This document shows positions 19,545 through 29,538 of a stretch of 64,000 nucleotides of DNA, piece by piece; within the stretch, counting starts at the first letter, position 1, and each line of letters starts with the position of its first letter. Below the pieces are notes generated by a model, which saw only the letters and a list, made by a program, of their open reading frames with translations, had not been told where the DNA came from and ran no database searches. This DNA is from Alphaproteobacteria bacterium (GTDB lineage Bacteria; Pseudomonadota; Alphaproteobacteria; SP197). The stretch covers positions 199,165 through 263,164 of the forward strand of contig CBDAUZ010000002.1 in assembly GCA_965200745.1 (NCBI GenBank). The letters are read 5' to 3'. The position numbers were made by a program, and so were the translations under genes.

Positions 19545-20375
19545 ATGTCCACGAACACGTTTCCACACATGCCCGAGTTCAGGCCCGGCTGGGTCTGGCT
19601 GGCAGGAGCCGGCCCCGGCGATCCCGGTCTCCTCACTCTGCTGACGCTACATGCGTTGCGTCACGCAGACTTCGTTGTGTACGACGCGCTTGTCGACCAG
19701 TGCGTCCTTGAGCTTGCCCGTCCGGTAGCCGAAAGAATTTATGCGGGAAAGCGCGGTGGCAAACCGTCGCCTGTTCAACCTGATATCTCGCGCAAGCTCG
19801 TTGAACTCGCGCGATCCCGGAAGCGCGTGCTTCGTCTGAAAGGTGGCGACCCGTTCGTTTTCGGACGCGGAGCTGAAGAGTGTCGTGCACTTGCGGAAGC
19901 CAACATTCCCTTTCGAGTCGTTCCGGGTGTGACGGCCGGGATAGGCGGACTCGCGTATGCAGGGATTGCCGCAACGGATCGGCGAACCAATCATGCGATC
20001 ACATTCGTCACAGGTCGCCTGGCAGGAGGCGCAACACCGGACGACTTGAACTGGGCAACGCTCGCTGGTGAGGGACACGCACTGGTGATCTATATGGCGC
20101 TCTCGAAACTGGCGCAGATCACACGAACACTGCTTGACGGCGGTCTGTCACCCGAAACGCCGGTTGCCATTGTCAGCCGCGCGACCACGCGTGACCAGAA
20201 GGTCATTCATACAAACCTGCATCGCGCCGCAGAGGCAGCCCGCCTCGCCGACTCTCCCGCGATTGTCGCCATTGGTGCGTTTGCACATGATCAACCTGCA
20301 CTCAACTGGTTTGACACGGTCGTGGCTACGCTGCCGGCTGATGCAAACCGCATGGAACACGGTGGGGATTCGTGA
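19545..20375 (+). CDS. cobA: Uroporphyrinogen-III C-methyltransferase (SUMT).
   Basis: VWLAGAGPGDPGLLTL, LKGGDPFVFGRGAEE, VVPGVTAG are the SUMT/CysG methyltransferase motifs. Start chosen at ATG 19545; alternatives are 19464 or 19569. Confidence 0.85.
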   Translation: MSTNTFPHMPEFRPGWVWLAGAGPGDPGLLTLLTLHALRHADFVVYDALVDQCVLELARPVAERIYAGKRGGKPSPVQPDISRKLVELARSRKRVLRLKGGDPFVFGRGAEECRALAEANIPFRVVPGVTAGIGGLAYAGIAATDRRTNHAITFVTGRLAGGATPDDLNWATLAGEGHALVIYMALSKLAQITRTLLDGGLSPETPVAIVSRATTRDQKVIHTNLHRAAEAARLADSPAIVAIGAFAHDQPALNWFDTVVATLPADANRMEHGGDS

Positions 20376-21685
20376 CCCGCGGAATCATCATCACGGCCCC
20401 TGCAAGCGGCTCGGGGAAGAGTGTCGTGACCATGGCCCTCTTGCGGGCACTGCTCCATCGCAAGCAGAGGGTTGCAGCATTCAAGACCGGCCCCGACTAC
20501 ATCGACGGTGCGTTTCATGCCGTCGCCGGCTGCCTGCGTTGTCGTTCGCTTGATCCCTGGTGCATGTCGAGATCGCGCCTGCATCATGAGTATGCGCGGT
20601 TGTCGGATGGCGCGGATATCGTTGTCGGTGAAGGAACCATGGGGTTGTTCGACAGCAGCCTGGACGGCACCGGGTCGACTGCTGATCTTGCCACAGTTCT
20701 CGGGTTGCCCTGTGTGCTTGTCGTGAACACCCGGGGTCTGGGCGCCTCCGTTGCCGCACTTGTCGAGGGTTTTCATCATCATCGAAAGCAGGTGTCGATC
20801 GCCGGCGTCATACTCAACCAGGTATCAAGCGCAAGGCATCTGAAAATTCTCGAACTGGCCATGAATGGTGTCGCACCGGTGTTCGGTCATCTCTCGAATT
20901 TGCCGGAATTTCGCCTTCCTCATCGACACCTGGGACTGGTGCAGGCCATTGAACACGAGGATCTCGAAGTCTGGCTTGAGCACGCGGCGACCAGGGTTGC
21001 CGAGACGCTCGATCTGGATGCGCTCATCAGCGTGGCCAGGGAAGCCGGCACGACAGTCGGGAATGCCGTCATGGAACCCGTATTGCCTCTCGGCCAGCGC
21101 ATATCCATTGCGCACGATTCAGCCTTCGCATTCTGTTATCCCACAATCGTCGACGACTGGCGGGACGCCGGCGCAGAAATCACCTGGTTTTCCCCGCTTG
21201 CCGATGAAGGTCCGCATCCCGAAGCCGATGCGGTTTATCTACCCGGAGGTTATCCGGAACTCCATGCAGCAACACTGTCGTCGAACCGGCGATTTCACGA
21301 CAGTCTCAGAGAGGCGGCATCACAGGGTGCGTTCGTCTACGGCGAGTGCGGTGGATACATGGCGCTTGGCGACACTCTCATTGATGCAGACGGGAACGGT
21401 CACCCGATGGCCGGGCTCCTGCCTATCTGCACATCGTTTGCAAAACCGCGTCGGCATCTGGGTTATCGACAACTGAAACTCGAAACAACATGTCAACTCG
21501 GCACCTCCGGTACGGCGTTGCGTGGCCATGAGTTTCATTACGCCACACTGGAAACACCCAGCGGACCGCATCTGTTTTCGTGCAAGGCGGCAGACGGTTC
21601 CGATCTTCCGGATGCCGGCACCGTCGTTGGCAACGTCGCAGGCTCGTTTTGCCATGTTGTCGATCGGTATGCGCCTGAATGCTGA
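20372..21685 (+). CDS. cobB: Cobyrinic acid a,c-diamide synthase (CobB/CbiA).
   Basis: 437 aa. N-terminal ATPase domain (APASGSGKSVVTMALLRAL) and C-terminal glutamine-amidotransferase domain (YGECGGYMALG). Start overlaps the cobA stop. Confidence 0.9.
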   Translation: MTRGIIITAPASGSGKSVVTMALLRALLHRKQRVAAFKTGPDYIDGAFHAVAGCLRCRSLDPWCMSRSRLHHEYARLSDGADIVVGEGTMGLFDSSLDGTGSTADLATVLGLPCVLVVNTRGLGASVAALVEGFHHHRKQVSIAGVILNQVSSARHLKILELAMNGVAPVFGHLSNLPEFRLPHRHLGLVQAIEHEDLEVWLEHAATRVAETLDLDALISVAREAGTTVGNAVMEPVLPLGQRISIAHDSAFAFCYPTIVDDWRDAGAEITWFSPLADEGPHPEADAVYLPGGYPELHAATLSSNRRFHDSLREAASQGAFVYGECGGYMALGDTLIDADGNGHPMAGLLPICTSFAKPRRHLGYRQLKLETTCQLGTSGTALRGHEFHYATLETPSGPHLFSCKAADGSDLPDAGTVVGNVAGSFCHVVDRYAPEC

Positions 21686-21872
21686 CGATCAAACCGGCAG
21701 CGGACATTTTTTCGGCGTATCACAATCTTGTCGTAACCGGTTTGCGTGTTGAAACCGTTCCGAGCTTCGAGTAATTCGTTTTCGCGTTGCTTTTCATTGC
21801 AATAGGCTCGGCATGATGCCGACACGGCCGCAAGCCAAATCATCATCTTCGAGGTGAACCATTTCAACGCAA

Positions 21873-23216
21873 GTGCAGGCAGCATCTGGCGCCTTTGACG
21901 GTTATCGCAGGACCATCAACGGTGAACACGACGAGTTTCTGGTTCGCGTCGGTCCCGGTACACCTGCTGGTGAGTATCTGCGAAGATTCTGGCACCCCGT
22001 TGCAATCAGTTCCGAGCTTGGTGACCACCCACAGGGTACGAGAATCCTCGGTGAGGATCTCGTCATCTTTCGCGATGGATCAGGCCAGGTCGGGCTGGTC
22101 CACCGCCGGTGCCCGCATCGCAGGGCCTCGCTGGAGTTCGGAATCTGCGAACGCCGTGGCATACGCTGCTGCTACCATGGATGGCTCTTTGATGTTGACG
22201 GTACCATTCTGGAAATACCGGGACAGGCCGATGGGGTCGTTTCCCGGGTATCAAGGAACACGCGTCTCGGTGCGTATCGCACGCTGGAGTACAAGGGCCT
22301 CGTATTCGCCTATCTCGGTCCACCGGAACTGGCTCCGGAGTTTCCCGTATACGATACGCTCGTCATGGACGGGCACGACATGGTTCCCTACCAGGCGCCT
22401 TTCGCCTGTAACTGGTTGCAGGTGCAGGATGCAATTCTCGATCCGCTGCATACGGCGTTTCTTCACTCGCGCGTCAGCCGGGAACAGTTTTCCAAGGGGT
22501 TTGGTGAAATTGGCGAGATGAAATTCTATGAACGCGGCAGAGGGTTTCTGGGGACTGCAACGCGTCGTGTCGGCCAGAATGTCTGGGTACGCGTGAATGA
22601 GCTTGTGCTGCCAAATTTCACGCAGGCGGGCGCAGCATTTGCGGTGGACGGCACACACCCGTGCTACTTCGGGAGATCAAGTTTCGCGCGGTGGGTTGTA
22701 CCGATTGATGACCACAACACGAACTGTCTTGCCTGGGCGATCTTTGGTGAACGCGGTGACCCGCACGCGTACAACACACCCGAAGGCCCGGAACTGATCG
22801 AACAGGGAGAACTGTTCGATCGACCCTGGCAGCAGCGCCAGCGCTTTCCGGGGGATCGTGAAGCGTGCGAGGGCATGGGCACGATCACTGAACACAGCAA
22901 GGAAAACCTTGTGCCAAGCGACAAGGGCATCCAGATGTACCGACGCCATCTGCGTCGTGAGATCCGGGCGTTGGCCGATGGCCGGGAACCGCCGAAAGTG
23001 ACGGATGCCGGTCTGAACCCGGTCCCCACCTATGGCGGCGATACGGTTCTTCAGGTTCCGCGCAGGGAAAACGATCGATCGATACTTGCGCGATACGGCA
23101 GCGCTGTGATGGACGCGCAATTCAGGTCCGAAGAGTTGCCACTGGATGAGCGGGATATGCAGATCATCGCGGATCTCAAACTGATCGAACAACGCGGGTA
23201 CCAGGCATGCGCGTAA
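21873..23216 (+). CDS. Rieske [2Fe-2S] non-heme-iron oxygenase, alpha (catalytic) subunit. No beta-subunit gene is adjacent.
   Basis: Rieske motif CPHRRASL...CCYHGW. Mononuclear iron site NWLQVQDAILDPLHTAFLH (D-x2-H-x4-H). N-terminal YLRRFWHPVAISSEL is typical of the GbcA/CntA/Stc2-like alpha3-type oxygenases. GTG start. Confidence 0.85.
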   Translation: MQAASGAFDGYRRTINGEHDEFLVRVGPGTPAGEYLRRFWHPVAISSELGDHPQGTRILGEDLVIFRDGSGQVGLVHRRCPHRRASLEFGICERRGIRCCYHGWLFDVDGTILEIPGQADGVVSRVSRNTRLGAYRTLEYKGLVFAYLGPPELAPEFPVYDTLVMDGHDMVPYQAPFACNWLQVQDAILDPLHTAFLHSRVSREQFSKGFGEIGEMKFYERGRGFLGTATRRVGQNVWVRVNELVLPNFTQAGAAFAVDGTHPCYFGRSSFARWVVPIDDHNTNCLAWAIFGERGDPHAYNTPEGPELIEQGELFDRPWQQRQRFPGDREACEGMGTITEHSKENLVPSDKGIQMYRRHLRREIRALADGREPPKVTDAGLNPVPTYGGDTVLQVPRRENDRSILARYGSAVMDAQFRSEELPLDERDMQIIADLKLIEQRGYQACA

Positions 23217-24223
23217 AGGTGCACGTCAAGAACAATCGGGCACGCCCGGGCGGGTTTCCGCCGACGCCGGAGGCAGAACCGGTCTTCACCACGACCCGCG
23301 AACGCTTCGACGCAGTGTTGTCGGAGTTTCCCGATCTTGCCGACAAGATCGACGTGTTCATTGATTGGGATGTCGACAATTTCCGGACTTCGATGCGTGA
23401 GGCCTCTGTCCTGCTGACCTGGGACCTGCCAACCGAAAACATTGCTGCCGTCGCACCGGAATTGAAATGGATTCACATCATTGGCGCAGGCGTCGAGCAC
23501 CTTTGTCCAATGAACTGGGTTCCCGACGGTGTGACCGTGACCAACAACAAGGGTGCACAGGCAGAAAAGGCGGGCGAATTTGGTGTCATGGCCGTGCTGA
23601 TGCTGAATTGCAAGATACCCGCCATCGCCTCGAACCAGAGAAAGGCACAGTGGGAATCCCTGTTCTCGACACCGGTTTCGGGCAAGACCGTCCTGATCGC
23701 CGGTGTTGGCCATCTCGGTGGCAGCGCCGCAAACCGCCTCAGGGAGATGGGCCTGAAGGTTCTCGGCATCAATCGATCGGGTCGTGCGCACGACGGGGTC
23801 GACGAAATGGGGACCTGGTCAGATCTGGAAGCATTTCTGCCTCGTGCCGACTTCTTGCTCGTCGCGCTACCTGCGACGCCATTGACCGGCAACCTGCTTG
23901 ACCGTGATCGACTGGCACTGCTGAAAGACGGCGCAGGCGTGATCAACATCGGTCGGGCTGCAACAATGGATTATGACGCGCTTTGCGACATGCTCCGCAA
24001 CGGACAACTGTCAGGTGCCATTCTCGATGTCTTCGAACCGGAACCGCTCCCTGCGGCATCACCGTTGTGGGAGACCCCGAACCTTCTGATCCTGCCACAT
24101 GTTTCGTCCGACGACGGTGACACATATGTCGAGACGACACTGAGAATATTCCTTGCAAACATGCGCCGTTTCCTTGCGGGAAACCAACTCGAAAACAGAG
24201 TTCGACCCGAACTCGGATACTGA
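23207..24223 (+). CDS. D-isomer-specific 2-hydroxyacid dehydrogenase family, NAD(P)-binding.
   Basis: Rossmann motif VLIAGVGHLGGSAANRL and catalytic-region segments RAATMDYDAL...ILDVFEPEP...LILPHVSS. Overlaps the Rieske gene stop by 10 nt. Confidence 0.85.
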   Translation: MRVKVHVKNNRARPGGFPPTPEAEPVFTTTRERFDAVLSEFPDLADKIDVFIDWDVDNFRTSMREASVLLTWDLPTENIAAVAPELKWIHIIGAGVEHLCPMNWVPDGVTVTNNKGAQAEKAGEFGVMAVLMLNCKIPAIASNQRKAQWESLFSTPVSGKTVLIAGVGHLGGSAANRLREMGLKVLGINRSGRAHDGVDEMGTWSDLEAFLPRADFLLVALPATPLTGNLLDRDRLALLKDGAGVINIGRAATMDYDALCDMLRNGQLSGAILDVFEPEPLPAASPLWETPNLLILPHVSSDDGDTYVETTLRIFLANMRRFLAGNQLENRVRPELGY

Positions 24224-24244
24224 ACCTCATTCCAGGAGAATGTC

Positions 24245-25672
24245 ATGATCCGCTATTGTGAACCACAGACCATGAAGGACGCGATTGCCTCGCCCGAACG
24301 CATTGCGGAAACCGGCGAATGGCTGAGAAAGAACGGCGTACGCTATGTCCTGTGCTGCTGGATCGACCTTTTTGGACAGCCCAAGACAAAACCCGTGCCG
24401 ATCAGCGATTGGGAGCGACTGTGTGCAGGAAACGGCCCGCAGTTTGCCGTACACTCTGTCTCATTCGTACCTGAACTCGGGCCCGCAGACCCGGACCAGA
24501 TCATGGTTCCGGATCTTGACTCCCTCCTCCTGTGTCCCTGGGACAAGTCAAGTGCGTGGGTGTTTGCCGATTTGTGGTGGCAGGACAAACCCTACAGCCA
24601 TTGTCCACGCAGCACGCTCAAACGAATACTCCGCGAATGTGAGGCACAGGGCTATCACGTCTATGCGGGTATTGAACCCGAATTCATTGTCATGCGCTGG
24701 AAGGACGGGCATCCGGTCAAGGCGATGGACAACGACCCGGCTCCTGGAGAAGGAATACGTCCACGCCGCCAGGCGTTCGGATATGACGTCGAGTACTCGA
24801 TTGATTCGATGGGTTTTCTCGGTGACATGATCGAGATTCTCGACAACGTGCTCGATTGGGATCTCCACGACGTCGTCGCCGAGGGCGCATACAGCCAGTT
24901 TGAACTCGACTTTGGCTACACCGACGCGCTGGGTATGGCCGACAGGTTGGTCTTCCTGCGCATACTTCTGAAGGAAGTCGCCAAGAAACATGGAATGTTC
25001 GTCACTTTCATGCCCAAGCCCACAATCGGCGACTGGCGTTCAGGAGCGCACATAAACGCATCCATGCGACATGTTGACACGCCGGATGAGAATCTCTTCG
25101 AAACCGCGGAAGGAAACTGGTCGAGCGAGGCACTCCACGCGGTTGGGGGACTCTTGCGGCATGGTGGCGCCTTGACCGCGATTGCCTGTTCAACGGTCAA
25201 TTCCTACAACGGACTTGTTCCGCGGGTCGGCGGATTTGAGGGTGGCACTGTCACCTGGGCGCCAACTCACATGACCTATGGCTACAACAATCGCTCGGCG
25301 ATGCTTCGCTTGCCGCAAAATCGGTTCTGTATCGAAAACCGGGCTGCCGACATGTGCATGAACCCCTATCTGTCCCTGGGCGTTACGGCTGCCAGCATGA
25401 CGCGTGGGATTGTCGAGAAACTCGATCCCGGAGCGCCGCTCAACGAGGACCTCTATTCTCTGAGCGAGGCCGATATTGCCGCGTCCGGGGCACAACGGCT
25501 GCCGCAAAACCTCCTCGAAGCCGCATTGACCTTGCGCGAAGACGATTTTGTTCGTGATACGATTGGCTCCGGAATGCACAAGTCATTCCTCGAATACAAG
25601 TTCGACGAATGGGAACGATATCACCAGGCAGTGACGGACTGGGAGGTTCAGGAATACCTGAGACTATACTGA
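24245..25672 (+). CDS. Glutamine-synthetase-family ligase (GS-like; gamma-glutamyl-amine synthetase type, as PuuA/GmaS/IpuC/AtdA1).
   Basis: 475 aa. GS catalytic-domain motifs (GIEPEFIV, ...HINAS..., NRSAMLRLP). AGGAGA SD 7 nt before ATG 24245. Confidence 0.85.
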   Translation: MIRYCEPQTMKDAIASPERIAETGEWLRKNGVRYVLCCWIDLFGQPKTKPVPISDWERLCAGNGPQFAVHSVSFVPELGPADPDQIMVPDLDSLLLCPWDKSSAWVFADLWWQDKPYSHCPRSTLKRILRECEAQGYHVYAGIEPEFIVMRWKDGHPVKAMDNDPAPGEGIRPRRQAFGYDVEYSIDSMGFLGDMIEILDNVLDWDLHDVVAEGAYSQFELDFGYTDALGMADRLVFLRILLKEVAKKHGMFVTFMPKPTIGDWRSGAHINASMRHVDTPDENLFETAEGNWSSEALHAVGGLLRHGGALTAIACSTVNSYNGLVPRVGGFEGGTVTWAPTHMTYGYNNRSAMLRLPQNRFCIENRAADMCMNPYLSLGVTAASMTRGIVEKLDPGAPLNEDLYSLSEADIAASGAQRLPQNLLEAALTLREDDFVRDTIGSGMHKSFLEYKFDEWERYHQAVTDWEVQEYLRLY

Positions 25673-26688
25673 TGGCGAACAGTTACGAGCGTTTTGATCT
25701 CGGTGATGTCACCCTCCAGTCCGGCGAGGTCATGCGAGACGCATGGCTGGCGTACAAGACATGGGGTGACCTGAATGACAGGCGGGACAACGCGGTTCTG
25801 ATACCGACCTATTTCACCGGTACGCATGAAAACAATGAAGCATATTTCGGTCGCGGACGGGCGATCGATCCAGCGCGGCACTTCGTCATTTCTGTCAACC
25901 TGTTCGGGAACGGATTTTCCAAGTCTCCCAGCAACTCCGGACAACCGGGCTGCGGCTCGGACATGCCGGCTGCCACCTACCACGACAATGTGGCTTGCCA
26001 GCATCGGCTCGTGACCGAACGATTGCGTGTACGCAAGTTCGCACTCGTCACCGGCTGGTCGATGGGTGGTTGTCAGACGTTCGAATGGGGCGTCCAGTTT
26101 CCCGACATGATGGAGGCTCTTCTGCCATTTTGCGGTTCAGCCCGAACCGCGCCACACAACAAGGTCTTTCTGGAAGGCGTCAAGGCGGCGCTGTGCGCCG
26201 ATCCCGTCTGGAATGACGGGCGCTACACCGAACAACCGATCGTCGGATTGAGGGCGTTCGCACGGGTTTATGCGGGATGGGCGTATTCCCAGACCTGGTA
26301 TCGCAATGGCCGATTTCGAGAACTCGGGCACGACACGATCGAGGACCTGTTGGTCGATTGGGAAAACGATCACGTGGACAACTGGGACGCAAACGATCTC
26401 CTTTACAAATTGAATACTTGGACGAACGGTGATGTCAGTGCCAATGCGAAACACAACGGCGATCTCAGAGGTGCCCTGGGTGCCGTCAGGGCACGGTGCA
26501 TCGTCATGCCCTGCTCTACCGATCTCTACTTTCCGCCTGAGGACAACGCGATAGAGGTTGGATACATGCCGCAGGCAGAATTGCGACCGTTTGAAACCGA
26601 GTGGGGGCACTGTGCGCCAAGCGGTACAGCGGTTCCCGCATTTCACCGCTTTTATGACGAAGCCGTGCGCGATTTACTCAACGGTTGA
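25672..26688 (+). CDS. Homoserine O-acetyltransferase (MetX)-like alpha/beta-hydrolase-fold acyltransferase/hydrolase.
   Basis: Nucleophile elbow GWSMGG, MetX-family N-terminal region (LAYKTWGDLN...AVLIPTYFTGTHE) and C-terminal His region. ATG overlaps the GS-like stop (TGATG). Confidence 0.8.
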   Translation: MANSYERFDLGDVTLQSGEVMRDAWLAYKTWGDLNDRRDNAVLIPTYFTGTHENNEAYFGRGRAIDPARHFVISVNLFGNGFSKSPSNSGQPGCGSDMPAATYHDNVACQHRLVTERLRVRKFALVTGWSMGGCQTFEWGVQFPDMMEALLPFCGSARTAPHNKVFLEGVKAALCADPVWNDGRYTEQPIVGLRAFARVYAGWAYSQTWYRNGRFRELGHDTIEDLLVDWENDHVDNWDANDLLYKLNTWTNGDVSANAKHNGDLRGALGAVRARCIVMPCSTDLYFPPEDNAIEVGYMPQAELRPFETEWGHCAPSGTAVPAFHRFYDEAVRDLLNG

Positions 26689-26878
26689 AGTTTTTAAGGG
26701 ATCACACAGGGCGATTCCGCGAGACCCTTGTGCATCGTTGACGGTCATCCGCCGATGCAGGGACATTTCTGGCTTTCTCGTGCAAAACAGTTGACCGTCT
26801 GCCGTTCGCCCCTGAATAACGAACTGCGGTTGTCGCGGAGCCTCGCAGACTTGGGCGAACTTGATGCGAACGCGTAGC

Positions 26879-27982
26879 TCACTGCCAGGACAGCGCTTCA
26901 AGATTCCGGAAATCTTCGTCTATCCCGAACGCACGTGGTCCAATGAATTCCATGGCCTCAGGGCTGCGCATGTTTGCTGTTGCAGCGATTGCGACGGCCT
27001 TTACGCGCTGACCGTAACGCAAGTTCTCGGTGGTTATGGGCTCGCCAGTTTCACGATCCAGAATTGTTATCAGGTCAGGCACGATAGCGAGTGTTTTCTC
27101 GCCAATGGAGGCCCGGGAGAATTCATTCTGGAAGGTGATCAGCATCTCCATGTTCGGATCGTCCAGCGCTGAAATCCGTGCCTTGCCCACCGCGAAGCCC
27201 GCCGTCGTCTCACGCAAGACGTCCTGAACCTTGCCATCAAAAATGACAGAGGCAAAACGCGGGGGATTGGATGTCTTGAAATATCTGACGAGGGCTTCGC
27301 AGACGTCTTCGGTTCCTGCGCTTCTGGCTTCGCGAAGGGCAGCGCCGATCTCTATGGCCAACGACACTGTTCGCGGAACACATGTGTCGCGCATCATGGG
27401 CCCGCTCATCGGATAACTTGCGCATTGTGAGATCCCGCCCATCTGCACGCAGACAGGACGGCCGTATCTTTCGGTGCGGAGGGCGGCATCGGTTTTCAAG
27501 AGCACGGTATTTCCGAAGTCGTCCGACATGACGAACGGATTTATGTCAGCACCGTAGATGTTGAAAGTCGTCATCTGGAACTCCGGGAATGCGCGCCCCA
27601 TGCCGTCCCCATCGACAACTGGCATGCCGCGACGTGCAGCAACGACCAAAGGAATTGTCGCGTTAATTCCCCCGGCTTCCAATGGAATGATGCAATTGAA
27701 TCTGCGGTCCAGTTCCTTTTCAGCTCGTTCCATTGACGTGATCATTGCCGACGCGTTGGGCAGCTTCTCGACAAAGGCCGTCGGTGCGCCCATACAAGCC
27801 AATGTTATGCCGAAGTGGTCTTCGGTCAGCTCATCGGGATCGAGCAATCTGATTTCGCCGCACTTCTCAAGTTCCTGGCTGAGCATGAGACGACCGATGT
27901 AAGGGTCGCCACCACCGCCCGTGCCCAAAAGTGCGGTGCCACGAATGAAGTCTTCCAGGTTCTCCGGGTTGATCGAGGTCAT
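26879..27982 (-). CDS. DUF917-family protein (hydantoinase-associated).
   Basis: LLGTGGGGDPYIG... is the DUF917 hallmark. 4-nt overlap with the upstream hydantoinase-like gene. Confidence 0.75.
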   Translation of the reverse strand: MTSINPENLEDFIRGTALLGTGGGGDPYIGRLMLSQELEKCGEIRLLDPDELTEDHFGITLACMGAPTAFVEKLPNASAMITSMERAEKELDRRFNCIIPLEAGGINATIPLVVAARRGMPVVDGDGMGRAFPEFQMTTFNIYGADINPFVMSDDFGNTVLLKTDAALRTERYGRPVCVQMGGISQCASYPMSGPMMRDTCVPRTVSLAIEIGAALREARSAGTEDVCEALVRYFKTSNPPRFASVIFDGKVQDVLRETTAGFAVGKARISALDDPNMEMLITFQNEFSRASIGEKTLAIVPDLITILDRETGEPITTENLRYGQRVKAVAIAATANMRSPEAMEFIGPRAFGIDEDFRNLEALSWQ

Positions 27983-29538
27983 GACGCGGTTCTCGGTTCG
28001 GCAAGGTTTCCAATGGCCTTGGCCTTGATCCTGACGGCACCACCGGGAAGATAGGCGAGCGGAACCTCTTCAAGGCTCAGGATTTCGGTGGTCTCCAGAT
28101 GAGCTCCTGCGGCAACGGCCCGTTCGACGGCTTCCTCTTTTGCCAGGCTCATTGCGTGATCTCGACCGACCTCTTCATATGAGAAGATCTTGTCGACCTC
28201 CCCTCCCACCTGAGCAAGACCTGCCCCGATTGCGTTTGCCACGCCGGCGTTCTCAGGGCGAAGAACTTCACTGGCTCCGGCAATGTTTCGGTCTACAAGG
28301 ATCGTACCGCCGCCGACCAGTATAACCGGCACTGCGCCCTGACTGGACTTTACCTTGTCGACTGTGTCTTCGAGTTTCTTGTGGATCTCGTCCAGGGTCG
28401 CGTCGATCAATTCGCAGCTCAGATGCTCAACCCTGGATCTCTCTCCAATGTCAGCCTGACCCGCCGCGACAGCGACATCGGTTGTGGTCAGCGTGTCGCC
28501 GCCAAAGACCAGGGCTTTTTCCGTCAGCTTCAAGGCAACAGAGTCCGGCCCCACGGTCACACCGTCAGGCGTTTCTCGCACGATGCTGCCACCACCAAGT
28601 CCCACGGACAGGATGTCCGGCATGCGGAAATTGGTCCGGACAGAGCCAATATCCACTGCGAGTGCGCTTTCCCGCGGGAACCCGTCCTTCAACACGCCGA
28701 CATCAGATGTGGTTCCACCAATGTCGATGACGACCCCTTCCTTTACACCGGACAGGAAGGCTGCACCGCGCATGGAATTCGTTGGACCGGAGGCGAAGGT
28801 AAGTACCGGGTACTTCTCGGCAAACTCCGCGATCATCAATGTTCCGTCATTCTGCGAGATGAAAAAGGGACATGTGAGGTTCAGGTCTGCCAGCGCCGAA
28901 CGGAAAGCGTTCACGACGATCCTTGACAGTTCTGCCAGTGACGCATTCATGATCGCAGCGTTTTCTCGTTCGATCAGCCCTACCCGCCCGATCTCACTTG
29001 AGAGGGTCAGGAGGGTATCAGGCACTTCGTCGCGAATGATCTCGGCGATACGCTTTTCGTTTGATCCGTTGATCGGTGAAAATACACCGGAGATCGCTGC
29101 GGATGTGATGCCTTTTGCCTTCATGTCGCGCGCCGCTTCGCTCACCGCGGCTTCGTCCAGAGCCCGGATCTCGCGTCCGTCGAACTCGTACCCGCCGCCG
29201 ACCAGATAGGAAACCTGGCCAATTGCAGTGCGCAGATGTGGCGGAAAATCTGCCATTGGCAGAAGGCTCTCCGTGGCGGGCAACGACGCACGAAATGTGG
29301 CGACAGGAACAAGTCGTTTGCCTTCGATAAATGCGTTCGTGAACTGGGTCGTGCCGATCATGACGCTGGAGATTCCATCCGGTTTGACACCGGATTGGAA
29401 CAAAACGCTTTGAACAGCGGCGATTACACCGGATGCGACGTCTTCAGTTGTCGGCGATTTGATGGAAGCAACAACCTTCTCCCCGTCAATCAGCGCAGCG
29501 TCAGTATTTGTGCCACCAACATCAACTCCAATGTGCAT
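27979..29538 (-). CDS. Hydantoinase/oxoprolinase-family protein (HyuA-like, ASKHA-fold ATPase).
   Basis: MHIGVDVGGTNTDAALI start, plus second sugar-kinase-like motifs VVIDIGGTTSDVG...LGGGS. GAGGAGA SD. Confidence 0.8.
   Translation of the reverse strand: MHIGVDVGGTNTDAALIDGEKVVASIKSPTTEDVASGVIAAVQSVLFQSGVKPDGISSVMIGTTQFTNAFIEGKRLVPVATFRASLPATESLLPMADFPPHLRTAIGQVSYLVGGGYEFDGREIRALDEAAVSEAARDMKAKGITSAAISGVFSPINGSNEKRIAEIIRDEVPDTLLTLSSEIGRVGLIERENAAIMNASLAELSRIVVNAFRSALADLNLTCPFFISQNDGTLMIAEFAEKYPVLTFASGPTNSMRGAAFLSGVKEGVVIDIGGTTSDVGVLKDGFPRESALAVDIGSVRTNFRMPDILSVGLGGGSIVRETPDGVTVGPDSVALKLTEKALVFGGDTLTTTDVAVAAGQADIGERSRVEHLSCELIDATLDEIHKKLEDTVDKVKSSQGAVPVILVGGGTILVDRNIAGASEVLRPENAGVANAIGAGLAQVGGEVDKIFSYEEVGRDHAMSLAKEEAVERAVAAGAHLETTEILSLEEVPLAYLPGGAVRIKAKAIGNLAEPRTAS

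Noticed and set aside
21895-22521. 208-aa + ORF
   Set aside because: Alternate frame within the Rieske oxygenase gene.
23051-23791. 246-aa minus-strand ORF
   Set aside because: Antisense across the Rieske / 2-hydroxyacid dehydrogenase junction; no motifs.
28484-29209. 241-aa + strand ORF
   Set aside because: Antisense within the hydantoinase-like gene. Ser/Pro/Arg-rich low-complexity translation.
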